Below are positions 48,063 through 61,163 of a DNA stretch of 64,000 nt, piece by piece (positions within the stretch are counted from its first letter, which is position 1; each line of letters begins with the position of its first letter). The notes under the pieces were generated by a model that had not been told where the DNA came from, did no database searches, and saw only the letters and a list, made by a program, of their open reading frames with translations. This DNA is from Octopus sinensis. Its lineage: Eukaryota. Where the stretch lies: positions 131,192,001-131,256,000 of the forward strand of contig NC_043000.1 of the NCBI RefSeq assembly GCF_006345805.1. Direction: 5' to 3'. Position numbers and translations under genes: made by a program.

Positions 48063-48453
48063 TTACTCTTTTACTTGTTTCAGTCATTTGACTGTGGCCA
48101 TGCTGGAGCACCGCCTTTAGTCAAGCAGATCGAAGGACTTATTCTTTGTAAGCCTAGTACTTATTCTGTCGGTCTCTTTTGCCGAACCGCTAAGTTACGG
48201 GCATGTAAACACACCAGCATCGGTTGTCAAGCGATGTTGGGTAGACACACACAAACACACACACATACACATATATATACATATATACGATGGGCTTCTT
48301 TCAGTTTCCGTCTACCAAATCCACTCACAAGGCTTTGGTCAGCCCGAGGCTATTAGTAGAAGACACTTGCCCAAGGTGCCACGCAGTGGGACTGAACCCA
48401 GAACCCTGTGGTTCGTAAGCAAGCTACTTAATACACAGCCACTCCTACGCCTA
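48060..48453 (-). mobile_element. SINE family A
   Basis: Full-length match. Confidence 0.9.
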
Positions 48454-48632
48454 TTCTGAAAAACAGAAAGGACATAATTGAATAATGTAATCCTAGACAC
48501 ACAAGTCCTCTGGTACGATACAAAGCACTCAAATAGAGAATAAATGCACCAGTATCAATATTTTATGTTGCTGAGTCAGATGTGTAGAGTTCTTCAGTTC
48601 AAGCTTTTCTAAGGTAGAAAATATAAGCGTAA

Positions 48633-48959
48633 TCTTTATATATAAAAGTGAAGTTGCGTGTCTGTCTCCTACGATTTAGATTCCTAACTACTCCCACATT
48701 TTGCGGTGCAGTTTAACCAAAACCGGGTATCTGATAGTCGTGATTCATATCGAGCCCTTCTGGGTATTAGCGCGCGTCTACGATGAGTCTACGATTTTAA
48801 AAATAATTTACCATTATTTTTTTCCATTTTAATGCATTTTTTCGCTATTATATATTTACCATCATTTTTTCCCATTTTTAATGCATTTTTTTGCTATTTT
48901 TTGGCTATAACTCTCTAAAAATGCTTACAAACCCGAGCAACGCCGGGCGATACTGCTAG
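48633..48959 (+). mobile_element. Non-autonomous Helitron, family H1
   Basis: A^TC...hairpin...CTAG^T. Confidence 0.92.
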
Positions 48960-49390
48960 TATTCACTAAAATGTGAAGTAATAAGTAGAATATTAAATGA
49001 ACTGATTTTGTCTTTGATAACAGCAAAAGAGTTGGATGATTAACAAGCGACCTTTGAATTGTAAGAAAACGTGTATCTAATATATAATTTGCATTTTTTA
49101 ACTATTGTAAATCTGAGACTTTTGTGCATAGGTAAGAAAAGAAAAAAATGTTATGTATTTGGGTGTTTTGCATATTATAGTATTTATATTGATTCATAGT
49201 ATTTTTCTCGTTAACTCTTAGACCACTGACGTAAGTATCAACAATGGTCTTCGATATTTTTATGACTCCGAAAAGGAACTCACCAAGAGTTGATTGGAAT
49301 TTGCTGTTTGACCTAGAAACACCCTACCCACTTAGCCAGTAAATAGACTGCCTGATGACTTCTTAATCGCCCACGTCCGAACAAAAGAAA

Positions 49391-49444
49391 TTACACTTGA
49401 AGCGCCTGCTTTGTCAATGATGTCTTTTCCTCTTTCACATCACT
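49391..49444 (-). CDS. Possible terminal coding exon of the CCDC33-like gene (SDVKEEKTSLTKQALQV*)
   Basis: In-phase short open segment ending in TAA after cattag. The acceptor lacks a good pyrimidine tract. Confidence 0.2.
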   Translation of the reverse strand, partial: SDVKEEKTSLTKQALQV

Positions 49445-49462
49445 CTAATGTCCTATATCACT

Positions 49463-49692
49463 TTGGCGAGCTGGCAGAAACGTTAGCACGCCGGGCGAAA
49501 TGCGTAGCCGTATTTCGTCTGCCGCTACGTTCTGAGTTCAAATTCTGCCGAGGTCGACTTTGCCTTTCATCCTTTCGGGGTCGATAAATTAAGTACCAGT
49601 TACGCACTGGGATCGATGTAATCGACTTAATCCGTTTGTCTGTCCTTGTTTGTCCCCTCTGTGTTTAGCCCCTTGTGGGTAGTAAAGAAATA
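49463..49692 (+). mobile_element. SINE family B
   Basis: Full match. Confidence 0.9.
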
Positions 49693-49737
49693 TATATCAC
49701 TTTCCATGCATCACCCACTCTGCCATTTTATACTTAC

Positions 49738-49857
49738 AGACTCCATAACCAAAGGTAGAGTCATCTCCACACCGCGTACAAAGCCATGTTTTGCTTCATT
49801 GAGTTCAACCATGAGATCAGCCTTTTCTTTTTTCCATTCTTCATTGTTGCTAATTAA
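49738..49857 (-). CDS. CCDC33: CCDC33-like exon (LISNNEEWKKEKADLMVELNEAKHGFVRGVEMTLPLVMES)
   Basis: Acceptor ttgttttatcag, donor gtaagt, 120 bp, phase 0/0. Resembles CCDC33 [26 protein letters not shown]. Confidence 0.78.
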
Positions 49858-49949
49858 CTGATAAAACAAAGACAGAAAATCTAAGATTAGCATGAAATTT
49901 CTTCAGATAAACAAGAAGAAGGAATTCGACTAATCATATATGGTTTCAA

Positions 49950-50170
49950 AAGGCGGTGAGCTGGTAGAAACGTTAGCACGCCGGGCGAAATTCGTCTGTC
50001 GTTACGTTCCAAGTTCAAATTCTGCCGAGGTCGACTTTGCCTTTCATCCTTTTGGGGTCGATAAATTAAGTACCAGTTACGCACTGGGGTCGATGTAGTC
50101 GACTTAATCCCTTTGTCTGTCCTTGTTTGTCCCCTCTGTGTTTAGCCCCTTGTGGGTAGTAAAGAAATAT
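49950..50170 (+). mobile_element. SINE family B
   Basis: Full match with a small deletion. Confidence 0.9.
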
Positions 50171-52463
50171 ATATGGTTTCAAGTTTCACTCTTGGTAATA
50201 GCGATTTTATCCTTAATTCTTTTTATAAATTCAAAGTTATGCTTCAGAACAAAATCGACAAATAAATTATGAAATTATATGTCATAAAATAAAAAAAGAT
50301 TATTGGTAATCTGAATATAAATGCTGAAAAATGCTATAAATTACCAAACCTTTTAACCCTAATTTGATAAGATAATCCTCGATCATAACCATGCTTTGCA
50401 ACAGGGATCTTCAAAGCTATTCAGTCAACTCAGGGGATTGTTTGTCCCCTAACCATTAAGGGATAATTTGAATGTTTAAGTCGAAAGCAGACATTCATAT
50501 AAGAAATGAAAATAATACAATCAAATACAATTCACTAATATATAATTATATATAATTAGTTTTTTATTGCCTAATCCATATTGTTTACTAAAACATAATG
50601 ATATCATTATAATTTATCATTAGTTGCAATCATCAAATGGTGAAACCGTGTATGTTTCTATATGAATAAACTGAGATTTTCTTCCCTCAGATTCTCCAAT
50701 TCTTTTTGGTGGAGTTTTGGAATAGTCATCCCTTGAAGTCCTATACTGCATGGGAAATGGAAAGGGTACAGAAATGGGAGGAAGAATGTAAAAAAATTGA
50801 AATTTTGGGAAAAAGATTGTATCAAGTAGTTATGACAAGACTTGATGGCAATTTATATACATATTTATTATTACAATTGTACAGGGCTTCTTGAAAAACA
50901 GATGATATCAAATTATAAGAATGTCATATTTATAGAAGCTGAAATCTTATGGGTTAAACTGATTGCTGCCAAAACAAATGGCATTGATTTTTCTTCATCT
51001 CCGGATTCGTAATTAGCTGTGAAAATAGCTATTAGGGGAATCGTGCTGGTTTGAGTATTTATCTGTGAAAATAGCTTGGAAAGAGAATTTGTCAAGGAAA
51101 GTCAGAACTGTCTCTGATATATTGCACCAAAATTGGCTTCTTATAGAGCCACCACTACAGGAATTTTCTGGGATTATCACTTGAACACACAACCCTCATT
51201 GGTTGAAAATGGGGTTTGTACATAATAGACACATGAATCTCATGCAATCAAACATGTAAAATGAAAATGAAATCAACTGCCATAAGGCTTTTTCCAGAAT
51301 CATAATTTCCATTGTTGTCCTGTAACATTTTAAACTATCTTGGCCCTGCCTCAAGGTATCACATAGTTCAGTGCTAAGTTTCTTAGATATAAGAAAGTGT
51401 CTAATAAGCAATGAACAGTATGTGCATGGAAGAATATCATTTTCTCCCTCCAGCTAACTACTACTGGTACACCATAAGGAGTTACTGCTGTAATATCCTA
51501 GAGGAATATAATTGCTTCAAATAGTCCTCCAGACATTGCAAAATTGTCACCTTTTTCATATTACCTTTCAGATACATAGCAAACAAAAATCTACTAAGGA
51601 CTATAATATACCAACTACTAAAAGTTGACTTATCAAGTTCACTGAAAAACTATCCACAAGGCAAGGCTTTCTCTCTATCATCAGCTATCTCGTCAATATC
51701 TTGCATTGGTTTTTCACTTAGTGGCATATATTCTAGATCAGATTGAGAGACTTTCTTCCGTAATGTAAAATAGACATACAGTCACTTAGAAAAGAAATGA
51801 AGGAAAGGAGGGTGCAAATTGCTGAATATTTTTTTTATTTATCATTTAGGCTGTTGTAAGGATACAGGAGTTGGTGGAATGTGTACTTGAACGTTTGCCT
51901 GTTATCAGCATGATTTATAGGTTTGTAAAGTGTGTGAGGATTTTCACCGGAGCAGTTTACCAGGACTGTCAGTTACAGCAAAGATTTTCACAAAAACATG
52001 CAAAGTTTTCATTTTTCTCAGCCATTGCATAACATAGTTCATAATAGTTTCAGCCACTTCAGTTACTTGTATTATGGCCTTCTCATCGATGGTATACTAT
52101 TGGTTTTGCTATATTAAGATACTATATGATACGTGCCCAATATAAGGTACCTTACATTAGGTACCTTATTGATACCTTACATTAGGTCAATCAATAAAAT
52201 CAAAGCATGTCCTCTCAATTTTTGCAATTATTACTAAGATATGTGACAAAATAAAACAAGATCTTGGCGAATGAAAACAAAAGTGAGAAATCATGCTGTG
52301 TGGGATGGTGGTAAGTAAAGAAAGGAATTGCAGCCAAGGGAAAGAGAAAAGAAGACTGAGAGTGGAGTAGTGTGAGAGAGTTAGCTGTCTTGGTAAGGGT
52401 GTGGGTGTGAGTGTGAGGAAACTAAGACCAGAAGTATTCAGGTAAAAGTAAAGAGGGATTAAC

Positions 52464-52571
52464 CTGTTCTTCAAGGGCTGCAATCTTCAGTTCATTTTCT
52501 TTGATGATGTCATACAATTCAAATTTCTCTTGATCGGCTGACTTTGATAACAATTCTTGATTCAGTTCATC
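52464..52571 (-). CDS. CCDC33: CCDC33-like exon (DELNQELLSKSADQEKFELYDIIKENELKIAALEEQ)
   Basis: Acceptor ctattttcag, donor gttaat, 108 bp, phase 0/0. Resembles CCDC33 [22 protein letters not shown]. Confidence 0.75.
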
Positions 52572-52730
52572 CTGAAAATAGAATAAATACTAAAGTTTCT
52601 CTCGGTCAACTGAATGATTTATACTTGACATGATGTAATTCTTTGTTTCTTTTTATGGTTTCAGTCATTGACCAGTGGCCAAGCTGGGGCACAACCACTT
52701 AGTCATATCAAGTCCAGTCTTTATTTCAGT

Positions 52731-52768
<38 letters not shown>

Positions 52769-53268
52769 TATCATCATTTAACGTCCGCTTTCCATGCTAG
52801 CATGGGTTGGACGATTTGACTGAGGGCTGGCGAACCAGATGGCTGCACCAGGCTCCAATCTTGATTCTTGATCTGGCAGAGTTTCTGCAGCTGGATGCCC
52901 TTCCTAACGCCAACCACTCCGAGAGTGTGGTGGGTGCTTTTACGTGCCACCGGCACGGAGGCCAGTTAGGCGGTACTGGCAACAACCTCGCTCGAAGGCA
53001 GCTAAATTTTATATTTTTTGCAAAAAGGGGTATAACTTGCTGCATCAATTTTACACACACACATATACTTGAATACACTTACACACATACATATATAAAC
53101 AATTATGGGCTTTTGCATAGTTTTCCTCTTTTGAATTTCACTCTTAAGACATTTTCCTAAAGTGGCTCACAGTAGTATTGAACCTAGAACCATGTGATTG
53201 TGAAGGAGACTTCTTAACTACATTCTTGGAGACGAAAAGCAGGATGGTGCACAAAACCTTTTACCTAC

Positions 53269-53345
53269 CCGGAGTTTATCACATTCTTCAGCTAACTGTT
53301 TATTTCTCAACTTCAATGAACTGCTCTGCCGCAGTTTTTCGTTGC
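53269..53345 (-). CDS. CCDC33: CCDC33-like exon (xNEKLRQSSSLKLRNKQLAEECDKLR)
   Basis: Acceptor tttcaattgcag, donor gtaggt, 77 bp (phase 1 to 0). Only open frame, and phase-compatible with both neighbouring exons. Confidence 0.6.
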
Positions 53346-54481
53346 CTGCAATTGAAAGAACATTAATTTCTGTAAAGATTTCACCATGACCACCACCACT
53401 TTCAGTTATTAATACCATCAGCATTGCCACAATTACTACTGCTACTATCACCAAAAATACAAATTATTGCAGAACTTCCTAAGAACATCAAAAAACTCTC
53501 ATTTCTTCAACTTTTGAAATCAGTAATATCACTCAATGATATTGATTTCTGATTCCTTATTGCAGAAATGATATTTTGATGATATTTATTTGAGCTAAAG
53601 ATATTATCACCTCAGCCTAAGTAATTTCTATGAGTAATGAAGAAAATTTCTTATTGATGCTATCTGCATGAAAAATAACAGTCAAGTTTGAGTAATGCTT
53701 AATGTAGGGAAGAAGAGGGTATAATTGATAATACTTATGTAGCAAGGAGACAAAAACATTACCTTAATGAGTAATGTTATTTTAATCTGATTTTGGCAAG
53801 TATGGGTAACTCAGTACAAAGTTCATCATCATCATCATCATCATCATCATTGTATATAATCCATTCTCCATGTTAGCATGGGTTAGACTGTTTAACAAGA
53901 CTCAGTGAGCTGCAGGGCTGTGCCTAGCTCCAGTGTCAGCTTTGGTGCATTTTCTTTGGCTTCGAAGCCCTTCCTAACACCAACCACCTTACAGTGTAAA
54001 CTAGGTGTTTTTTTTTTATGTACCATCTGCACTAGTGAAGCTGCTATGTAATTTGTAAGACATAAAAGGAATGGGAAATACCACCCCATGATGAAGCGGG
54101 TCTGATTATCTGGGAGGGGTTGGTGGCTTTGTTCTAAATGCTGAGTGATTGAAGTATGATAGAGCGATAAGCACAGGTGTCTTGCTCTGTACTTAAAATG
54201 GTCCTAAACTTAACCTTATAAATACCATTTCCTTGTTATGTCTGATAAGCGAAGTTGTTAAATGTTGATTTAACTTTTTCTGAATATTCAAAGGATGTTA
54301 CAAACTAAGCTTCACTGAGGAAGATTGATTAGACCAAAACATTTCTAGAGTTGTTACTATAACTACCAAAAATTAGATACACTACTCCTGACTTTAAAAT
54401 ATTTTAACTGAAATTTTAGTGTCCTCTCCCTTGGCTCCTGTGAGAATAATTTTCATTAACACTTGTGAAGTTTCTTCTCTT

Positions 54482-54960
54482 TCATCATCATCATCATCAT
54501 CGTTTAATGTCTGCTTTCCATGCTAGCATGGGTTGGACGATTTGACTGAGGTCTGGCGAACCAGATGGCTGCATCATGCTCCAATCTGATTTGGCAGAGT
54601 TTCTACAACTGGATGCCCTTCTTAACGCCAACCACTCTGAGAGTGTAGTGGCTGCTTTTATGTGCCACCGGCACGAGGGCCAGTCAGGCGGTACTGGCAA
54701 TGGCCACACTCAAATGGTGCATTTTACGTGCTACCTGCACAGGAGTCAGTCCAGTGGCACTGGCAACGACCTCGCTTGAAGGTTTTTTTCACGTGCCACC
54801 AGCACAAGTGCTAGTAAGGCAATGCAGGTAATGGTCACGCTTGAATGGTGTTTTTAATGTGCCATCGGCACGGAGGCCAGCTTGTTGCTCTGGCAACGAT
54901 CTCACTCATATGGTACTCTTAGAGCTCCACTAGCACGGATGCCAGTCATCGGATTTGATT
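54482..54960 (-). mobile_element. Family C element with tandem units
   Basis: As 43820-44245. Confidence 0.85.
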
Positions 54961-55662
54961 TTGATTTCAATTTCACTTGCCTCAACAGGTCTTCGCAAGC
55001 AGAATTTAGTGTTCAATGAAGGAAAGGCAAGCATTATTGGACTGGTTACGCCCCTCTTTATAGTTATAATCCAAATCCATTTAAAATTAATTCTGGCTCA
55101 CTATATATGATAGTGTCCACTGAAATGTATATTTTCATGCAAATCATTCGACCAAAGGCAGTGCTCCAGCATGGCTGCAGTTAAAATGACTGAAACAAGT
55201 AAATGAATAAAAGAATAGCTTATTTTGTGCATAGATAGCTTAATTGTTGTAGCATGTCAGCCAGAAATAGGAATGTTTTCTGTCTATGATGGAGAAAATA
55301 CAAATGGTGTCCAAGGGTTATTCTGTTCTATTGATGCAGAATCTTAATCTGAAAATTAAATGCCTATAACATGATATCCCTAAAAGAACTCTCTTGGCAG
55401 CAACAAAGCAACCAATATGGATGTCAAGAGATGATAATGAGGATAAATGAGGCTGACTTTAATATTATTTCATAGCTATACATCAATATTCCCACTCCAT
55501 CTGTAAAGCAATCAAAGCACAGCAAATTGCTTAAGTTTGTCCTCAAATGTCTGATCCTTTAAAATTCTATTCATTTTAGTGAGTGTTTTTTCCCTTTGCA
55601 TATTTTCTACAAGAATTTTGAAGCTGCCAATTAACTTGCTAACCTATTTGTCTTCTAAAAAT

Positions 55663-55950
55663 CAGTGGTTCTCAACTAGGTCCATATGAACCCCTGGAAG
55701 TCCACGTAAGATTTTGTGGGGTCCGAGCAAGCAAAATATTATATAGGAGACTGCAGTAGTATAATAAGGGTCCATGAAAAAGTACTTATTACAAGAAACA
55801 GTAAAATTTCTTTCTGTTTTACATAGTTCAACCTACATAAGTTAATGTGTAAAAAGCAAAATAAAAATTTTGAAAGAAATATCTATAAAAAGTAGGTTTT
55901 AAGCATGGAATGGCTATGGGAGTCCGCCAGAGTAATGTTGTAATGAAAAG
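55663..55950 (+). mobile_element. hAT-like MITE remnant
   Basis: Starts CAGTGGTTCTCAAC; the other end was not identified. Confidence 0.35.
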
Positions 55951-56362
55951 GATCAGCTGTGTGGTAAGTAGCTTGCTTACCAACCACATGGTTCCGGGTT
56001 CAGTCCCACTGCATGGACCCTTGGGCAAGTGTCTTCTACTATAGCCTCAGGCTGACCAAAGCCTTGTGACTGGATTTGGTAGACAGAAACTGAAAGAAGC
56101 CTGTTGTATATATGTATATATATATATGTATGTGTGTGTGTATGTTTGTGTGTGTGTATGTTTGTGTGTCTGTGTTTAACATCCCTTGACAACCGATGCT
56201 GGTGTGTTTACATCCCTGTAACTTAACGGTTCGGCAAAAGAGAATGATGGAATAAGTACTAGGCTTACAAAGAATAAGTCCTGGAGTAGACTTGCTCGAC
56301 CAAAGGCAGTACTCCGGCATGGCCACAGTCAAATGACTGAAACAAGTAAACGACTAAAAGAG
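55950..56362 (+). mobile_element. SINE family A
   Basis: Near full-length match. Confidence 0.88.
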
Positions 56363-56916
56363 TTGAGAACCAATTTTGAATGCTTTTGCTTTGCTCTGGG
56401 CAACTGTGACTTTATTTATTAATTGCTGTCATTTCAAAATGACATGTAAAGGTCGCCAGGTGGCCTCTTTCTCTCTCTCTTTCTTCTTCTTCTTCTCCTC
56501 CCCCCTCCTTTCTCTCTCTGTTCCTATATGTACATAATAAAATTAGGAAAAGAGTTTTCTTGGTGTGAAAGCACTTCAAAAATGTATTTTAACTTTGTTG
56601 TTTGTTTTTCTTTTTTTTTTGCCTTTTTTTGAATGTCAGGTATGTGTGTGAAAATGTAGTGTAAAACAGAAGAGGTTTGGGAACTTTCCAATACCAAGTC
56701 AGTGGGAAATGACAAAGAAAAAAAAAATAGAGGGAGGAAGAAACAAGACATAAACATGATTTTTAGATAATGTGTCATAAGAGAAAAATCTGTTACTAAA
56801 CTACATAATACAATAATATTCATGCAGAAAAAAATAATGGAAACAGTGCTACTTCTATATTGTTACTTCCACTTAGTAAGGAGTAATGTAGCTAGCTGGT
56901 CTATAGTGACTGTCAT

Positions 56917-57570
56917 AAAGGCGGCGAGCTGGCAGAAACGTTAGCACTCCAGGCGAAATGTGCAGCAGTATTTCATCTGTTGTTATGTTCTGGGTTCAAA
57001 TTCCGCCAAGGTCGACTTTGCCTTTCATCCTTTCAGGGTCGATAAATTAAGTACCAGTTATGCACTGGAGTCGATGTAATCGACTTAACCCTTTCATTAT
57101 TGTATTTATTTTGAGATGCTCTGTGTTTCTTCCAATTATTTACGTGCGGGTGGCACGTAAAAAGCACCCACTACACTCACGGAGTGGTTGGCGTTAGGAA
57201 GGGCATCCAGCTGTAGAAACTCTGCCAGATCTGACTGGGCCTGATGAAGCCTTCTGGCTTCACAGACCCCAGTTGAACCGTCCAACCCATGCTAGCATGA
57301 AAAACGGATGCTAAACGATGATGATGATGATGATGATGATAACAAAGAATTTAGTAAAATAACATCGTTACCATTACACTAGTGTTAGGAACATAAATTG
57401 TGACTAAGATTTGGTGGAAGATTTGAATTCAAAACTTATGAAAACAAGACATTTATACTAAAGAGCCAGAGCCAGTTTCAGCCGGGTTGGTAACGAAAGG
57501 TTTAATCCGTTTGTCTGTCCTTGTTTGTCCCCTCTGTGTTTAGCCCCTTGTGGGTAGTAAAGAAATATAT
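56917..57570 (+). mobile_element. SINE family B split by a piggyBac MITE
   Basis: Head 56917-57088; tail resumes at 57502. Confidence 0.88.
57089..57501. mobile_element. piggyBac MITE (family of 1332-1552, opposite orientation) with a nested RTE-tail element
   Basis: TTAA on both sides; splits a SINE; internal sequence matches the reverse complement of 1332-1552. Confidence 0.85.
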
Positions 57571-58555
57571 AGTGACTGCCATGAAAATTCTTACTGATTG
57601 ACTGCTAAAAAATCGAAGTAATCTAAATGACCTAAGACATATATATTATGTTGTAGTGTAATTAATCACAGGAGTGAGCTGGAGATAACCTTGATGATAA
57701 TAAGTAGGCCTGCCAATATTATTCTTACCTTGACAACAGGTAAGTATTTAACAGAGATTGTGGAGTTGAATTAATCATGGAAAAATTTATGTTGGTTACC
57801 GCTACCAACTTACAAAAAGGATTGTTAATTGTTTTACTCCTGTGAACTCTGTTTCCTCTTTTTATATTACTTCACAGCCAACTGAACTGGATCACATTGA
57901 CTGTATTTATTGTGGCTTAGCCACGGATCAGCCATGATAAGACAGACCAGTATATCAAAGGCATTCTCACTATAACCATCCATTATTTAATGTGTCTTTC
58001 TCTTTACTTTTTCGTATTCAGGTTACCCTGTCAAATGTGGTGTCTATTTATTCACAATGTTTTGAATTAATCATGCACTATTTCATAGCTTTGCAAATTC
58101 AATGATGTGATTGTTTATTATTAAAATGACATTGTAGGGTTAATGTGAGAGGACTGATCTGGCCAGTTTGTATATAAAGCAAGTAAAATATTAGGACCTG
58201 ATATGGCCAGTTTAAATACTAAAGGGTTAGATGTCAGGATGTGATAAGAGGAAGATTTGACTGTTATTTCTAACAAATTGTGTGATCCCAATGAGGCTCT
58301 CCTCAGATGCATGCATTAGTTGTTGTTTCTCTTCATCCCCATAACCATTCTATCTTTATTTCAACATATTTAAGATTATATTATCTAATGCATCTCTTTT
58401 GTTTTCAGTACAAGAGAGATTTGGCTGTTGTTTCTAGTAAGTCAGGCAACCACATACACACTTTCATTGGCTCATGCTGTTGTCGGTAGTGGTGGTGGTG
58501 GTGGTTGTCAAGGAAATAAAAGCAAGTCAGTTAAAAACAATAAGAATCTACGTAC

Positions 58556-58742
58556 AAAGCTTTGATGCTGTAATTTGGTTTTCTATCTTATTCTGAAGAC
58601 ATTCTATGACTTTCTCTTGTTTAACACAAACATCTTCCAAACCATAAATTTTCTTGCTTTTCTCCTGTAATCGTTGAATGAGGTTTTGCTGATTTTTATG
58701 AGCTTCAGAAAGTCTAAGATAATATTTTTCTTGGTCATTTTT
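58556..58742 (-). CDS. CCDC33: CCDC33-like exon (KNDQEKYYLRLSEAHKNQQNLIQRLQEKSKKIYGLEDVCVKQEKVIECLQNKIENQITASKL)
   Basis: Acceptor tttattgcag, donor gtacgt, 187 bp (phase 0 to 1). Matches recalled CCDC33 KNDREKELL...LEETVRHQEKVIEKME. Confidence 0.8.
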
Positions 58743-58829
58743 CTGCAATAAATAAATACAAAAAATATGTAAATCAAAACTTTTTAAAATTATTTTGTCT
58801 CCATTTTCTAATTGTTTCAACATTCACAT

Positions 58830-59292
58830 GATAGGCGTAGGAGTGGCTGTGTGGTAAGTAGCTTGCTTACGAAACACGTGGTTCCTGGTTCAGTCCCACT
58901 GCGTGGCACTTTGGGGAAGTGTCTTCTACTATAGCCTCGGGCTAACCAAAGCCTTGTGAGTGGATTTGGTAGACGGAAACTGAAAGAAGCCTGTTGAATA
59001 TATGTATATATATATATATATATGTATGTATGTGTGTGTGTGTGTGTGGTGTGTGTGTGTGTGTGTGTGTATACGTTTGTGTTTTTGTGTTTGTCCCCCT
59101 AACATCGCTTGACAACTGATGGTGGTGTGTTTACATCCCCGTAACTTATCGGTTCGGCAAAAGAGACCGATAGAATAAATACTAGGCTTACAAAGAATAA
59201 GCCCTGGGATCGATTTGCTTGCCTAAAGGCAGTGCTCCAGCATGGCCACAGTCAAATGACTGAAACAAGGAAAAGAGTAAAGAGTAAAAGAG
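58830..59292 (+). mobile_element. SINE family A
   Basis: Full-length match. Confidence 0.9.
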
Positions 59293-60726
59293 TCTGATCT
59301 CGACACATCTTTCTGTGACACCTGCTTTCTTTAATGTGTGTCTCAGAGTGAACTGCACTATCATTAAGGTATGTACACAAAGCTTGAGCCAAAAAGGAAA
59401 ATCTCTTTGTTGTCATGTAACTTTATAAAATAGCAGCTAAATCTCTATCCATCCATATCCACCCATGCAAAACAATGAAGATACATTGTTAATGTATTCT
59501 ACAGAATTTGGGAACAGAGCTGTTTCTGTTGAATAGAAAAATATTTTTGAAACACTTTTTCAAGCTGAATCCGGATATGCTATTCATTTTCCCCAATCAC
59601 ATCAGGATATTTGTATACACACTTCCTTGATTTATCATAAAAACATAGTTTTCATTCATTTTATGTCCTGATCTGACTTTGGAGCAGAGGGCCATAATGT
59701 GAAAAAACCTTCATTATCACCCTTCCCTTGCATAAAGTATAATAAAATTATGAATCACCTTGGGCAAGTGTCTTCTACTATAGCCTCAAGTCGACCAAAG
59801 CCTTGTGAGTGGATGTGGTAGATGGAAACTGAAAGAAGCCCGTCATATATATATATGTATATGTTTGTGTGTCTGTGTTTGTCCCCATCATCATCACCTG
59901 ACAACAAATGTTGGTGTGTTTACATCCCCGTAACTTATCGGTTCGGCAAAAGAGACCGATAGAATAAATACTAGGCTTACAAAGAATAAGCCCTGGGATC
60001 GATTTGCTTGCCTAAAGGCAGTGCTCCAGCATGGCCACAGTCAAATGACTGAAACAAGGAAAAGAGTAAAGAGTAAAAGAGTCTGATCTCGACACATCTT
60101 TCTGTGACACCTGCTTTCTTTAATGTGTGTCTCAGAGTGAACTGCACTATCATTAAGGTATGTACACAAAGCTTGAGCCAAAAAGGAAAATCTCTTTGTT
60201 GTCATGTAACTTTATAAAATAGCAGCTAAATCTCTATCCATCCATATCCACCCATGCAAAACAATGAAGATACATTGTTAATGTATTCTACAGAATTTGG
60301 GAACAGAGCTGTTTCTGTTGAATAGAAAAATATTTTTGAAACACTTTTTCAAGCTGAATCCGGATATGCTATTCATTTTCCCCAATCACATCAGGATATT
60401 TGTATACACACTTCCTTGATTTATCATAAAAACATAGTTTTCATTCATTTTATGTCCTGATCTGACTTTGGAGCAGAGGGCCATAATGTGAAAAAACCTT
60501 CATTATCACCCTTCCCTTGCATAAAGTATAATAAAATTATGAATCACCTTGGGCAAGTGTCTTCTACTATAGCCTCAAGTCGACCAAAGCCTTGTGAGTG
60601 GATGTGGTAGATGGAAACTGAAAGAAGCCCGTCATATATATATATGTATATGTTTGTGTGTCTGTGTTTGTCCCCATCATCATCACCTGACAACAAATGT
60701 TGGTGTGTTTACATCCCCGTAACTTA
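59123..60726 (+). repeat. 789-bp direct tandem duplication with breakpoints in family A SINEs
   Basis: 59123-59911 repeats at 59912-60700; the anchor tggtgtgtttacatcccc recurs at 59123, 59912 and 60701. Confidence 0.95.
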
Positions 60727-60779
60727 GCAGTTCAGCAAAAGAGACCGATAGAATAAGTACTAGGCTTACAAAGAATAAG

Positions 60780-61163
60780 GGATCTTTACCTTTTGACCGG
60801 CAGATTTAGAAAATAATTTTTTGTAACTAAACACTTTCAAACTTCGTATACTGGTAGAATGTGCCATATAAAACATCTTTTACTCTTAGCATTTTTGAGA
60901 AAAGTTTATATTTACGAAGTTATTTCATGTTAAAATTGTTGTATTTTGGTAATTTCGACCAATCAATGACGTGTATTCAGCTGAATAAAATTACCGAAAT
61001 ACAACAACTTTAACATGAAATAACTTCGTAAATATAAACTTATCTCAAAAATGCTAAGAGAAAAAGATGTCTTATATGGCACATTCTACCAGTATACGAA
61101 GTTTTAAAGTGTTTAGTTACAAAAAATTATTTTCTAAATCTGCCAGTCAAAAGGTAAAGATCC
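60780..61163. mobile_element. Foldback MITE with GGATCTTTACC termini and 8-bp TSD (AGAATAAG), inside a SINE
   Basis: Arms of ~170 bp are near-perfect reverse complements; the TSD is exact. Confidence 0.92.

Noticed and set aside
51665-51686. CTGATGA...GAAA on the - strand
   Set aside because: No stem II or stem III pairing.
50880-52130. Protein-like stretches in a CCDC33 intron (e.g. LRKKVSQSDLEYMPLSEKPMQDIDE on the - strand)
   Set aside because: Interrupted by stops, no consistent splice sites and no family recognised; possibly an old transposon.
57241-57270. CTGATGA followed by the hairpin agcc/ggct
   Set aside because: No GAAA; it is a mutated part of the family C tail.
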